Part shown: positions 40,266 to 51,800 of the stretch, one piece after another | Layout of the letters: each line of letters opens with the position of its first letter | Position numbering within the stretch: the stretch's first letter is position 1 | Assembly (NCBI GenBank): GCA_044892525.1 | Contig: CM097886.1 | Coordinates: 17,608,001 to 17,672,000 of the forward strand | Direction of reading: 5' to 3' | Source: Schmidtea polychroa | Taxonomy: Eukaryota | Length of the DNA stretch: 64,000 nucleotides | Program-made: the position numbers and the translations under genes | Notes under the pieces: generated by a model | The model's input: the letters and a program-made list of their open reading frames with translations, nothing else | Told to the model about the DNA's origin: nothing | The model's database searches: none

Positions 40266-40964
40266 TTAATGGTTCTGATTTGGATTATTTTCGCCGATTC
40301 TCATCAAGGTGGACTCTGCTTTAATTACCCTGTGTCTTAACTCGGGCAGCATTTCCAATTGTCGGTCTTTTTCACGGGCTTCTCTCTTTAGATGTCTAAT
40401 TTCTTTTTCCAAGCGTCTAATTTCTTCCCTTTTCTTTTCAAGGTTTCTTTTTAGCTCGATTTGTAGGAGATCTTGTTCGTTTTCTTGCAGGTAATTTTGT
40501 TGTTGATGTTTTCTTTCTATTTCTCTATATTTGCGGACCCACTTCCTCATTTCTTTACTTTCCCGTTGGTTTTCTTCTAGTTGTCGTTTTAATTTATTTA
40601 TAGCTGTTTGGCGCTCCTTCGCCTCAGTTTTCCAGTAGTCTTGGATTACCTCCTTTGCTTTGAAGCTTGCCCTCTCTTTCCATAGTTCTTCCGCTATCTT
40701 TTCCCAGTTTTTCCCTCGCTTCCTTTGTTCGTGTAGCCATTCATTTTCCTCTTCCGTTTCTCTTTTTATTTCCCCCAACGCTTCGCACTCTTTCTTTAAC
40801 ACCTTTATCATTTTCCGGTCCTCCAGGTATTTGTTTATTAATCTCCCGTTTTCGTATTTCTCTTCCCGTAACTCGGCCTTTAGCGTTTGTGTTTCTGTTG
40901 TTTCTGCCTCAATCTCTCCCTCTTCTACGTCGCTCATAATTTCTATCATTTCCTCGATTTTCAT
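40266..40964 (-). CDS. Coiled-coil accessory protein (232 aa, E2 ortholog)
   Basis: Aligns along its length with 26363-27073. Confidence 0.8.
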   Translation of the reverse strand: MKIEEMIEIMSDVEEGEIEAETTETQTLKAELREEKYENGRLINKYLEDRKMIKVLKKECEALGEIKRETEEENEWLHEQRKRGKNWEKIAEELWKERASFKAKEVIQDYWKTEAKERQTAINKLKRQLEENQRESKEMRKWVRKYREIERKHQQQNYLQENEQDLLQIELKRNLEKKREEIRRLEKEIRHLKREAREKDRQLEMLPELRHRVIKAESTLMRIGENNPNQNH

Positions 40965-41133
40965 ATCTATAATATTTACAATTAATCATGCGCTACAGTG
41001 CGACTTATACTTATACATTTATATCGTTTTTATTTACACAGGGTTACAGTCCCTCAAATACTTTTACTGTACTTTAATTTTTTTGTTTGGGATATACGTC
41101 CCGGTTTTTAGTTTTTCATCTTTTCATCCACCC

Positions 41134-42189
41134 TCATACGAAGGTTTCCTCCTGGCCTACATAACCTTCATCACTATCGACCGCGGAATGTAACTGTATC
41201 GCAATAGGGTCGTATGGTAGGTAATATTGGGGAATTTGAGCTCTCAATTCACTAACTTCGTCTCTTAGAGCTCGAGTGATATTCAATTCCTCGTCGAGCA
41301 GATAGGTGAGATACCTTGTCTCTTCATCTTTCGCCTCTATCTGTTTGTCTAGGGCTTTGATTTTCTCGTCGCCCTTCCATTTTTCAATTTCTATTTCTAA
41401 GTTTTTAATATTTTCGGTGTACATTTTCCTTTCGTTTTCTAATTTTCTGTTTTTTCCCGCTAGGACCATGTTTCTTTGTTCCAGCGATCCTTGTAATCCA
41501 TTAAGGTCTCTTTTCATCTCTTCTACCTGATTTACTAATTCCACAACCCGTCCCGCTTGTTGGGTTATTATCTCTTCCATTGCGGCATTCTCGTGCTCTC
41601 TTATGTCGCACTTTATTGCCAAATGTCGCTCAAACTCCATAGCCTTTGTTTGCCAGGTTTGGCTTCGGGCGGCGACCTTTCTCAACCTTTTCAATTCTTC
41701 CTTTATTATTAAATTCTCCTCCCATTTACCTTGTTCGCTTTCATATCCGAGTCTCATGGGCAATTCTTTCATCTCTTTTTTCATTTCTCCGTTTTGTCTT
41801 TTCCATTTTCTCGCTTCTGCCACTAAGTGCATCATTTTCCTGTCTTCTATTTGTTTTTCCGCTTCGCGCTTGGTGTTCTCATCGGTAAGTCTCTTTCTCG
41901 CTTCCTGCACTAGCTGCTTTAAGTAGTGGCTGTGTGCTTCTTGGCGGGTATTTTCTAGTGACGCCCATTTTGATGCTCTTTTGCATGCTTCTGCTTCCGC
42001 TCTTAAGTTGTGTATTAACCATTGGTATTGACTATTCTCATCTTCTCTAGTTTCTTCGATGTGATTTCGGGTGAGATTAGTTAGTTGGAACATTACTTTG
42101 TTCCATTTTTTGTTATGTTCTCGGGGAATTTGTGTCTTGTTGACATTGGTTGGGGCTATCGCAGTTTCGGTTATTTTCTCTTGTGTCAT
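41134..42189 (-). CDS. Long coiled-coil accessory protein (E2 ortholog)
   Basis: Aligns with 25153-26190 from MTQEK (42189), which follows TTTAG|AG. Confidence 0.8.
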   Translation of the reverse strand: MTQEKITETAIAPTNVNKTQIPREHNKKWNKVMFQLTNLTRNHIEETREDENSQYQWLIHNLRAEAEACKRASKWASLENTRQEAHSHYLKQLVQEARKRLTDENTKREAEKQIEDRKMMHLVAEARKWKRQNGEMKKEMKELPMRLGYESEQGKWEENLIIKEELKRLRKVAARSQTWQTKAMEFERHLAIKCDIREHENAAMEEIITQQAGRVVELVNQVEEMKRDLNGLQGSLEQRNMVLAGKNRKLENERKMYTENIKNLEIEIEKWKGDEKIKALDKQIEAKDEETRYLTYLLDEELNITRALRDEVSELRAQIPQYYLPYDPIAIQLHSAVDSDEGYVGQEETFV

Positions 42190-42381
42190 CTCTAAATCAT
42201 AGATATCGATTAATCTTTTTATTATGAAAAGGAATTTATTCATTATTTACTGTTTCTTGGGAAATTTTCGCATCATTTTTGGGTTTTCGTATTTAGGGTT
42301 TTCATACTATTATTATATAATATTTTATTGGTTATATACACCGATATATACAGATTATTATATACAACATTATTCGATTGG

Positions 42382-43770
42382 TTACTCCGTTCTACCCTTC
42401 TCCTCTTTCCTCACGGTCATCTTGATATATATGGTATCATTTCTCGCCATATCTTCTACTTTTTGTTGTGAGATGAACGTAGGTGCTCCTGTTGCTGATC
42501 CTTCTTCGTTGAGGGGCCTCTGGTAAGCTATTTGATTCCCCGTTGTTTTGAAGCTTTGCTCATATATACTTTGGTTGTTCATCAGAGTAATATCGATTTT
42601 TGCCTGGAACGGCCATTCTAATATTTCGTCGTATTCTCCTTTACATAACAGAAAGAAAATCGAAAAGTGCGTATCTAATCCGGTTCCGTCCCCGTTGGGA
42701 TATATCTTCATTTTCATTTTGTACCCATTTTTCCAAGAATGGAATGCAGGACTTGTTATTCTTGTCTCTTCTCCGGTTTTTGCTTTTCGTATTCTTTCTT
42801 TTACTCCCGTTATTTTCCATATGTAGGGTGCTGTTGGGGTTATCTCATTTAGATTTATTTCCCGTATTTTCTGATGTAGCTCCTTGGCCTGATTATTACT
42901 GATTTCTATTCGGTTTATTTGCATCTTTATGTTTGCTCGGGCTTCTTCGAACGCTTCCCTTTCTTCTAGTAGTTCTTTGACTAACACTTTCAACGATGTT
43001 ATCTCTATCTCCATTTGTTTTACTTTCTCTTCGCTTTCTCGTAACGCAGTCGACCACATTTCTGCGTGAGTTGAAGCATTTTCTACTAAATGATGTGGTA
43101 ACTCACCTCGGTGTAGTAATTTCTGACAACCCCATCTACCTAGTACGCATGTCATTCTTTTCTTTTCGCATTCTCTTAGATGCTGTGCCACCTTCATTAT
43201 TTCCCCTTGGTTACATCCGTTTGGGCATTCCCCACTGAACTCCGCACATACTCTCTCCTCTTGGACATTGTGATGTTTGAGGGTGAGATTTATCCACGTA
43301 TCTATTTCTCCACAGTGTTCACATCTTTCTAATCTCTCTTCACACTGCTTTTGATGTTCTTTTTCTTCGCTTGCTCGAATGGTTTTATGGCACCTTTCAC
43401 ACTGGCCAATTCTGTACATACATTCTCCCATATGTTGTACTACCTTCCATATTACTCCTTTCCATTCGCATGGGGCATTTTTGCATCCCAGGTTGGTGTT
43501 TAACATGTCTTTCACTGCGGCTTTATCCTCGTTAGTGTCTTCTAAACTCGATATTAGTGTCTCTTTACACACCGGGCACCTCTGTGGTCTATTCTTTATT
43601 GCTTCACTGATACATTCTTTACATGCTCTGCATCCACATTGCGTTTGGTGAGGTTCCTTTAACAACTTTTCACATATTCCGCACATAACATGTTTGTGTA
43701 TTCTGATCGTTGTAGATTTTCGGACTTGCTCGACAATCTCTCTGAACTCTTCTCTTTGTCGTTTATCCAT
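42382..43770 (-). CDS. TRAF-like protein (E2 ortholog)
   Basis: MDKRQREEF start at 43770; RING, zinc fingers and MATH domain as in E1. Confidence 0.92.
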   Translation of the reverse strand: MDKRQREEFREIVEQVRKSTTIRIHKHVMCGICEKLLKEPHQTQCGCRACKECISEAIKNRPQRCPVCKETLISSLEDTNEDKAAVKDMLNTNLGCKNAPCEWKGVIWKVVQHMGECMYRIGQCERCHKTIRASEEKEHQKQCEERLERCEHCGEIDTWINLTLKHHNVQEERVCAEFSGECPNGCNQGEIMKVAQHLRECEKKRMTCVLGRWGCQKLLHRGELPHHLVENASTHAEMWSTALRESEEKVKQMEIEITSLKVLVKELLEEREAFEEARANIKMQINRIEISNNQAKELHQKIREINLNEITPTAPYIWKITGVKERIRKAKTGEETRITSPAFHSWKNGYKMKMKIYPNGDGTGLDTHFSIFFLLCKGEYDEILEWPFQAKIDITLMNNQSIYEQSFKTTGNQIAYQRPLNEEGSATGAPTFISQQKVEDMARNDTIYIKMTVRKEEKGRTE

Positions 43771-43855
43771 TCTATAATTATATGTACAAATAGTTCTCAT
43801 CGATACAGGTTCGATATTTTATTTACAATTATTTACATTTTAAGCTAGGTTTGGT

Positions 43856-44215
43856 TTAGGGTTCGGAAGAGTCGGCTTCGTGTCCGCTCTCCTCTCTATT
43901 CATTAGCCATTCCGACCAGTCTTCTATTTCTGTCTGTTCTGCTTCCTCCCTCATTCGGTCTATTTCAATTTCCTGCCGACGGCTATATTGGGTTATCCTC
44001 TCTATCTCTCTTTGCATTTGTTCGATTTTTAACCTCTGGTCTTCAATTATCTTCAAATAACTAAATCCTCTGTTCATACTCTCGATCAGGTTTCTGTGCA
44101 TCGTCAGTCCTTGTTCTTGCAAATTGGACACTAATTGTGCTAATACGGCACATTGTTGCTTCCATAATTCTTCAGTTACTGTGTTGTGGTTCATTTCGTT
44201 ATTTCCTTGATCCAT
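43856..44215 (-). CDS. Small acidic coiled-coil accessory protein (E2 ortholog)
   Basis: Aligns with 23098-23457. Confidence 0.75.
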   Translation of the reverse strand: MDQGNNEMNHNTVTEELWKQQCAVLAQLVSNLQEQGLTMHRNLIESMNRGFSYLKIIEDQRLKIEQMQREIERITQYSRRQEIEIDRMREEAEQTEIEDWSEWLMNREESGHEADSSEP

Positions 44216-44375
44216 TCCTAATTTATATACACTTTTCAACTCTTATGTAAATTTAATTTTATTTTATGATTCCCGTTATTGTATAATATTGATACCGCGC
44301 TTATATACAGATATAGTACTGTTATATACATAAGATATACTTACTTTTTACAATTATATACAGTCATATTCCTTT

Positions 44376-45819
44376 CTATATACGTGAGTTTGGAGGGCGC
44401 TGAGCGTTCCAGGCCTCCACCCACTGTTCTTGTTTGATATCACTTGGTCGTTTCACTCGATGTTGGAAATTTCTGATTCGAGTCATCTCTAGTTCTCCGC
44501 GATGTCGTTTATCCTTAATTATTTTTATTGTTCCCCCCGTTATGATTAGGAATGCCCCTGTTATTATTATCCCACTGATCCACATCATCTGCTTCACGCT
44601 TATACTCTCTGGTTTTTCCTGGTTTGTTAATGTTGATATTGCTTCTGTACTTTTCTCGTTCCCTCTTTTGCCGTTTCCTTTCATCCTTTCCCGTATTCTT
44701 GCTATTTCCTCGTTCATACCCTCCTTTGCCATCTTTTGTATTTTTTCCATCTCTTCTTCCGAAACATAGTTGTCTTGAGCTTCCTCGCCGGTTTTCTTGT
44801 GCTTTCCTCCTTCGTCCTTTTCGTCGCGGTTTTTCCTTTTCTTTCCTCTTTTCCCCGGGTATCGTCGGCATTCTCTTTTTGATTCGTTTCTCCAGATACA
44901 AACCGTATATTCCTTCGGAGGCTGCTGCTGCGTCACATATTGATGGCATCTCTCACCCGGTCCTAATCTTGAAATACAGACTTTGTGCTCTTTTCTTGGT
45001 TGGAGCTGCGTTATTACTACTTCGCCACCTTTTCCTAGGTGTACCTCTTTTCCTTTGACGTTCGTTATTCTCTTCCCGTCTCGATTTCGGTATGCTTCTT
45101 GTATTCTTACTTCTGTTATTGGTTCTGTGGCCTCATTTATCAGTACTAGTTTCTGATACGCTCTAGACATGCATCTTCCTAGTATGCACCTTTCCTTTAA
45201 GTCCCATTCTTCCTTTAAATCCCACTGCTGCTCTTGTGCTTGCTTTTTCTTTTCTTGCTTTAGTTCATCCTCTTTGCTATCTTGATTCTCCGCTTCTTTG
45301 GTTTCTTTTATCGTCCTCGTCCCTCCAGGAGCTGTTACTAACTCTATCATGGTAAGCATAATTATCATTAATATCATATTTGTCTCTATTTCTTTGTTAG
45401 TGAAAGGTAGGCATACCCTCTGTTTTCCATTATTCGGTTTTTCCTCCTCTTTGGTCTTAGTTCCCGGGTTGTTTCCCTCTCTTTTCGTATCCGAATCCTT
45501 GTTTTCCGGTTTACCCTCCTCCGGTTCTCTTTTCTCTTTATCCTCCTTTCGGCCTTTTCCGTTATTGTCATCGTGTTTATCTCCCCCGCTGTCGTTTAAA
45601 ATGTCGTCCTCGACATTTATATCGTTCAATAATCTGCGATATGCTGTTAGCACTCTGTTTCTTGCTAATTTTGCTTCGAATTCAAACTCCTTTCTGCCCG
45701 TTGCAGCGTGTCTCTTTCTATTCCATTCTTTGACTAATTCTCTTAATTGAATGCGACGATGTTTCCCAATTCTTTGTTGCTCGTTCTGATTTTGCGTGAA
45801 TTTTAGGTCTACTATTATA
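44376..45819 (-). pseudogene. C-terminal tail of the E2 polyprotein (second membrane protein module), disconnected by a frameshift
   Basis: The translation matches the E1 polyprotein C-terminus (ending ...EAWNAQRPP.SRI); a +1 shift with a stop lies near 45811-45835. Confidence 0.85.
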
Positions 45820-48800
45820 TTAAAATATTAAAATAATTTTTGGCGTCCCCCCCTTAGTTAGGGTATTCTTTACCATCGCATTTTCTCCGTTTTCGTAGAA
45901 TTCGTTTATATTTATCGCATATTTATTATTTTGTGGTACTCTCCAGGTTAATAATAATTTCATTGCTTCTAGATTTTTCCGTACCGTATTCCATTGAAAC
46001 TGAGATGTGTTTTTGCACATATTTTCAACTTCTTCTTTTGTCGCATTTTTGCAAATAAATCTGATCATTTCTAAGTTTGGCTGTATGGTTGCCCAGTCCA
46101 AGGTGGAATTTCCTTCATTGGACCTTTCGTCTAGTTTCGATCCTGATTGATGTAGGATGTGGAGTGTTTTTGGGTGTATTTTCGTTATAGCTGCATACAT
46201 CATGGCGGTTTCACCTTGTTCATTTTTCGTGTTGGTTTCCTCGCCCATCTCCCCAAGGATTCTCACGATCGTTATTGCTCTATTTTCTTTCGCTGCTAGT
46301 ATTGCTTGTTGTAGGGGTGTTCTGGAATCCTTCGTTACCATCGTAAATGCTCGAGGCAAGAAGGTTTTGATTTTCCCGATATCTAAACCCGTGGTTTGAT
46401 CTCTTGCGTATGTATGTACAGCTTTTATTATTTTTGACAATATTATTTCGTCTGACAACTCTAGCATTTCCTCAAAGAACACTTCTTTTGCTTTGCGTAT
46501 TATTGCCTCCTGATCTATACTCATTGATTTTGTTTCGATGACGTTATTTGTGACCTTTTGGTTCGTTGTCAATTTTGGTTCCCTTGATTTCCCATACCTT
46601 ATTTTCGTTTTCTTTCCGTTTGGGTTATTGATTCGTTCCTCTGCTGTAAGTATTTGGATAATATCCAGGTAATTCTCGCGGATGTTATTCATTGTGTCCA
46701 TCATATATAACACACTTACCGTTTCCCAATATTTATTTCGTACTTGGTTAGTAAATTGGAATAGGGATTTTTCGAATGTGTCGATTCGCTTTTTTGCTAA
46801 CTGTTCGTCTTTATGATTTGTGAATTTTATCCCTCGTTCTAGTAATTGATTCGGAATTTCGAATAAATGATGTCCTTTCATAGCTTCTCTCATCAGCGTG
46901 TTCTCTCCTCTCGTGAACGCTTCGTTTACGTTGATCATATAATCGTTTTGAATTGGATTTCTCCATGTAATTAATATTCCGGTAATTGTCGTCAGTTTTT
47001 CTTTGGTCGCTGTTAATAATCCATCATACATGTTTCCGACTTCCCGATTGTCCTCATATGATAGTAGTTCCATCAATGACGTGAACGCCTCGGTACTTCT
47101 CCCTTCGATAGCATGATGTAGAGCGTTTTTCCGCTCGTGGTCTTGTGTAGTTATTTTCGATCCGGTATCGAGTAATGCGGTTATAATGTCTTTGGTTTTG
47201 CCTCTGTTTGCGGCTATCATTAATGGTGTGTAACCTTGGTTGTTTGTTTGTTCTGTTGATCGCTTGCAGTCGTGAAATGCTTCTATTGTTTCTAGTATTT
47301 GCTCGTTGTTACCTACTTTCATGAGTTTGTGTAATGGTGTGTCTCCGTAATGATCTGTTATTGTAAATAATATTGGCCATTGGCTTTTGACTACTCGCAA
47401 TAATGGGTGTGTCCTTTCTCTATTTGCATAGTTCTCGATCATCGTCAATAATCCTCCTAATATTTCGAAATCTAATCGATCTTTTGCCCATCCAGGTATT
47501 CTAATTTTTACCTCTTTTACAATCTTTTCCGCTTCTGATGGTTGGATACCTAATCGTCCAGTGATCGGTTCCGCGAGTTGTTGCATCATGTTCATTCGGT
47601 AGGTTTGCGAACGTGTGGTTAATGTACGGCCTTCTGGTTGACTAGTAGCTGTTTTTGGAATTGATTTGCATCGTGCCACGTTTACGTATATTGGTCTGGT
47701 AAAGGGGTTATTTACCAATTTCACTCTTACATTAGTTTCGCCTACGAATAAGATCTCATATGGTCCTTTTCCGTTGCGTTGTAACTTTTTTGTGGTTCCT
47801 GGAATTAATTCCGGGGTTTCTATCATTACCCAATCACCTGTTTGGAACGTATGTTGCTTCACGTTTTTCTTTCGATCGTGTAAATCTTTATAACTTTCCT
47901 GGTAGAACTTGATATTTAATCCCGCAGTTTCCCAAATTTCTTGCATTCTTTCCTTGAATTTCGTAACATAATCATCGATCTCCATATACTGCGATATCGG
48001 TGGTTGGTATTCCAGGTCCATTGGCATATTACATTCTCTTCCGTACATTAATTTGAATGGGCTCATTTTCGTTGATGCGTGAATCGACATTCTGTACGCC
48101 ATAAGACATAGGTTTATATATTCATCCCAATCTCGTTGGTGACGGTCAACGTAGTTTGATAACATTTGTATAAGTGTTCCATTAAATCTTTCCGTCATCC
48201 CATTGGTTTGAGGGTGGTATGGAGATGTTCTTAGTTTTGCTATTTTGAAGTAATTTGTTACTTCGCTCATTATCTCACTCATAAAATTAGTTCCCTGATC
48301 GGTTAAGATTTGTTTTGGTGTTCCATATCGGCAACATATCTCTTCTACCAAAATTTTTGCGATTGTTTTAGCTTTTTGGTCTGGCATCGCGAATGCTTCT
48401 GGGAATTTCGTAAGAAAGTCTGTGATCACTAGAATGTAAACGTTTCCTTTATCTGACTCTGGTAGTGGACCAACTACGTCCATGGATATCATTGTCATTG
48501 GTTCTATTGGTACTGGCATTGGTGTTAAAGGTGCTTTCCATTTCGATCCAGTATTCTTCCTGGTTGCACAAGTTAGACAATTTTTTACCCATTCAGTTAC
48601 ATCTTCAGTTAACGTAGGCCAAAAATATTTCTGTTTCATTCTTGCTAACGTCTTTTTCGATGACATATGTCCTCCCAATCTCCCGTCGTGATATTGCGTT
48701 AGTAGCTCTTTTCGTCGGTTTTCCGGTATACACATTAATCGTTTTTCCCCATCCATTATCAGCAACCAATCTTTCTCTATAACATATCGGTGTCGGTGTT

Positions 48801-51800
48801 TATCCATATGTTCTTTTAATTTTTGGTCTTTCGCATATACATCTGTCTTTCCGGTTTTTACATAATCGATAATTTGTTTTAATTCCGCGTCCTCTTGTTG
48901 GTCCTTTCGCAATTGACAGAAATCCAAATCTTCCGCTACTATTAAGCATATGCGTTGCATTTCTGAATCCACCAAATCTGGGAAAATAAATCTTGACATA
49001 CAATCGGCGTTGGCATTTGCTCTTCCCGCTTTGAATTTTATAAATGGGGAGTATTCTTGCAATTGCATGGCCCATCGCATCAGTCTACTGGACGCTTCTT
49101 TATGTTGCCCTAACCACACTAATGGTTGATGATCTGTGGTTATGCATATCTCATGTCCCCATAGTAAATATCGGAAGTGTTTGATAGCTTGTATTATAGC
49201 CAATGCTTCTCGTTCTGTTACCGAATAGTTCTTTTCGTGCTTTTTGAATGTTCGACTGTAATACCCGATTACTCTCTCTTTTCCTTCATCGTCTAATTGT
49301 CCCAGAATCGCGCCTGCCGCGTACCCGCTTGCATCCGTTGCCAATAGAAATGGCTTCTTAAAATCTGGGTGTACGAGGATAGGTGCTTCGATTAGTTTGT
49401 CTCTCAGCGTTTCAAACGCCTCTTGTTGTTCCTTCCCCCATATGAACGAAATGTCCTTCTTTACTAATTCCTGGATTGGTTTTGCAATTCCTGCATAATT
49501 TTTGATAAATTTGCGATAGTATCCGCATAATCCTAGAAATTCCTGAACTTGGGTGACAGTTTTCGGTGCTGGACATGTTTTTATTTTCTCAATGTTTCTT
49601 GGATCTGGCTCCTTTCCTTTAGCTGACACTATGTGTCCTAAAAACGTGACTTTTTCCTTTGCCCAATCGCATTTTGATGGTTTGAGTTTGAGTTTCCACT
49701 GTCTTAATCTAATAAATACGTTTCGGATATCTTCCAGATGTTGTTCAAATGTCGCTGAATAGATTAGTAAATCATCAATATATACCATACATTGTTTGAT
49801 TCCATGGGTGACAAAGTTCATACACCGTTGAAATGATGCTGGTGCGTTGGTCAGTCCAAATGGCATTTTTCTGAATTGATATAGATCTCGTCCCAACGTG
49901 AAAGCTGTTTTCTCTTTGTCCTCATCTTTGACTTTAATCTGCCAGTATCCACTTTTTAGATCTAGGGAAGTAAAATATGCTGCCCCTTGCAACATCAATA
50001 ACATCTCATTGATGTCCGGCAATGGATAGGTATCTCTCTTGGTCACTGCGTTTAACTTCCGATAATCGATACAGAATCGTTGGGTGCCATCTTTCTTTTT
50101 TACCATGACCACTGGGAATTGCCAGGGTGAGCAACTTGGTTCGATTACTTTTGCGTCTAGCATCTTTTGTACTTCTGCTTCGGCTATTTCTTTTTGCATT
50201 TCTGCTAGCTTGTATGGTCTTAATGCAATTGGAGTTTCATCTATGAGGGGTATTGCATGTAGGGTAACATCGCATGTACCCAAGTCTAAGTCTGAGATGG
50301 CGAATATATCTTTATATTCTACCAACAATCGGTGCAATTTTTTCTTTTCATCATTCGTCAACAACATACTATCTATTGTCCATAATTCATCATCTTTGAT
50401 CATCTCGTTGGTCACTTTCGGTAATTCTATGTCCATCATTGGGGTCAATCTTCCCAATTTTTCGTTCTCATAAATGATTTTGTCTTCCTCTTCGAAATTC
50501 GTGATGTTGAGCGGTATCACTCCTTCTTGGTTTATTGTGATTATTTCTCTTGCGAGTGGTAATTCTCGTCGCTTTTCGAATGACTTGCTTGGTTCAAAGA
50601 TAACTTCTCCTTCCATACCCGTATCCACTTTTATCTGACAAATCATCTGCGATTTTGCTGGTACTATTATTTTTTCTGGACATCTGATGACTGCATTCAT
50701 TTTACATATTCTACCGGTTTTGTCTTTTAAACACATGGTTGTTAAGTCAATTACGACTTCTTTTAACAATTCTGGCATCAAATCCGTTCCGATTATGCAT
50801 GGTACGCTAAGTTTTGGTATTACTGCCAAATACGTTTCAATTTCGTTGTCCTGGTATCTCAATGTAGTCCACCATCTTCCGACCACGTCCACTGTTTCTT
50901 TACTACATGCTATGATGTGAATTGTTGTTGATTCGATATCCTTCCAGTGTTTACTGGGGATTTGATTAATCGCTATCGCTGATACATTAGCTCCTGTGTC
51001 TATCATAGCATTGGTTTCTTGACCATTGATTTGGATCATGACTGTCACTGCTGGACCTCCAGGTAGACTCATTGCTGCGATTGTTCTTACGTCATCTGCT
51101 TGATCTACACTTTTGGTACGTCGTGTTGGCATATAATGCATACCGGGTTGACTCGGTAATTGCGGATACATATTTTGTGTCATGGTCAAAGCTGCTTGTG
51201 GTCCCACGATATCCGGTGGTATATAGCTTCCATTGGCGATCCAGGTGTTTGTCTTTTCCTTTTCCCAATATGGTGCCGTTTCCATTGGTTTTTCGTTTGG
51301 GTTTCTGTTTGGATAAAGACATTTATCGTTCCCGTTATCATCGTCGTCACTATCGCTGTTAGATGATTGGCTTCTAAATCGGTCCAAGAATTTTGGCTTA
51401 TTCTTTTTCAATTGTCGTCTTGTTGCTTCATCGTACATTACTTTCCGGAATCGTCTGCCTACTTCCTCGTCGGTTCCTTTAATCTTTGTTAATATTTTAA
51501 TCAATCGCTTTATCCGATGAATGTCTTTTGAGTGGCCATGTAATACCATGGTCTTAGCTAAAAATGGTAAGAAACCTACTATCATTTTCCAGTTAACTTT
51601 CTTTTCCCGCTTGTATATATCGAAACAAGCTAACATTTGTGTTAGTATTACTCTGACTATCTGAATTATGAGTATGATCCCTAATATCCCGGCCATCATT
51701 TGTCCGAAAACTAAGAATCTTCCCCACATTGCTTTCATCATGTTTGACGTAGCTTGTTGAAAATGGTCTGGCGATAATAGCAGCTCGTAATTCGGGCCTG

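Noticed and set aside
44515-44949. 144-aa alternative-frame ORF in the E2 tail
   Set aside because: No equivalent ORF in E1; it overlaps the conserved main frame.
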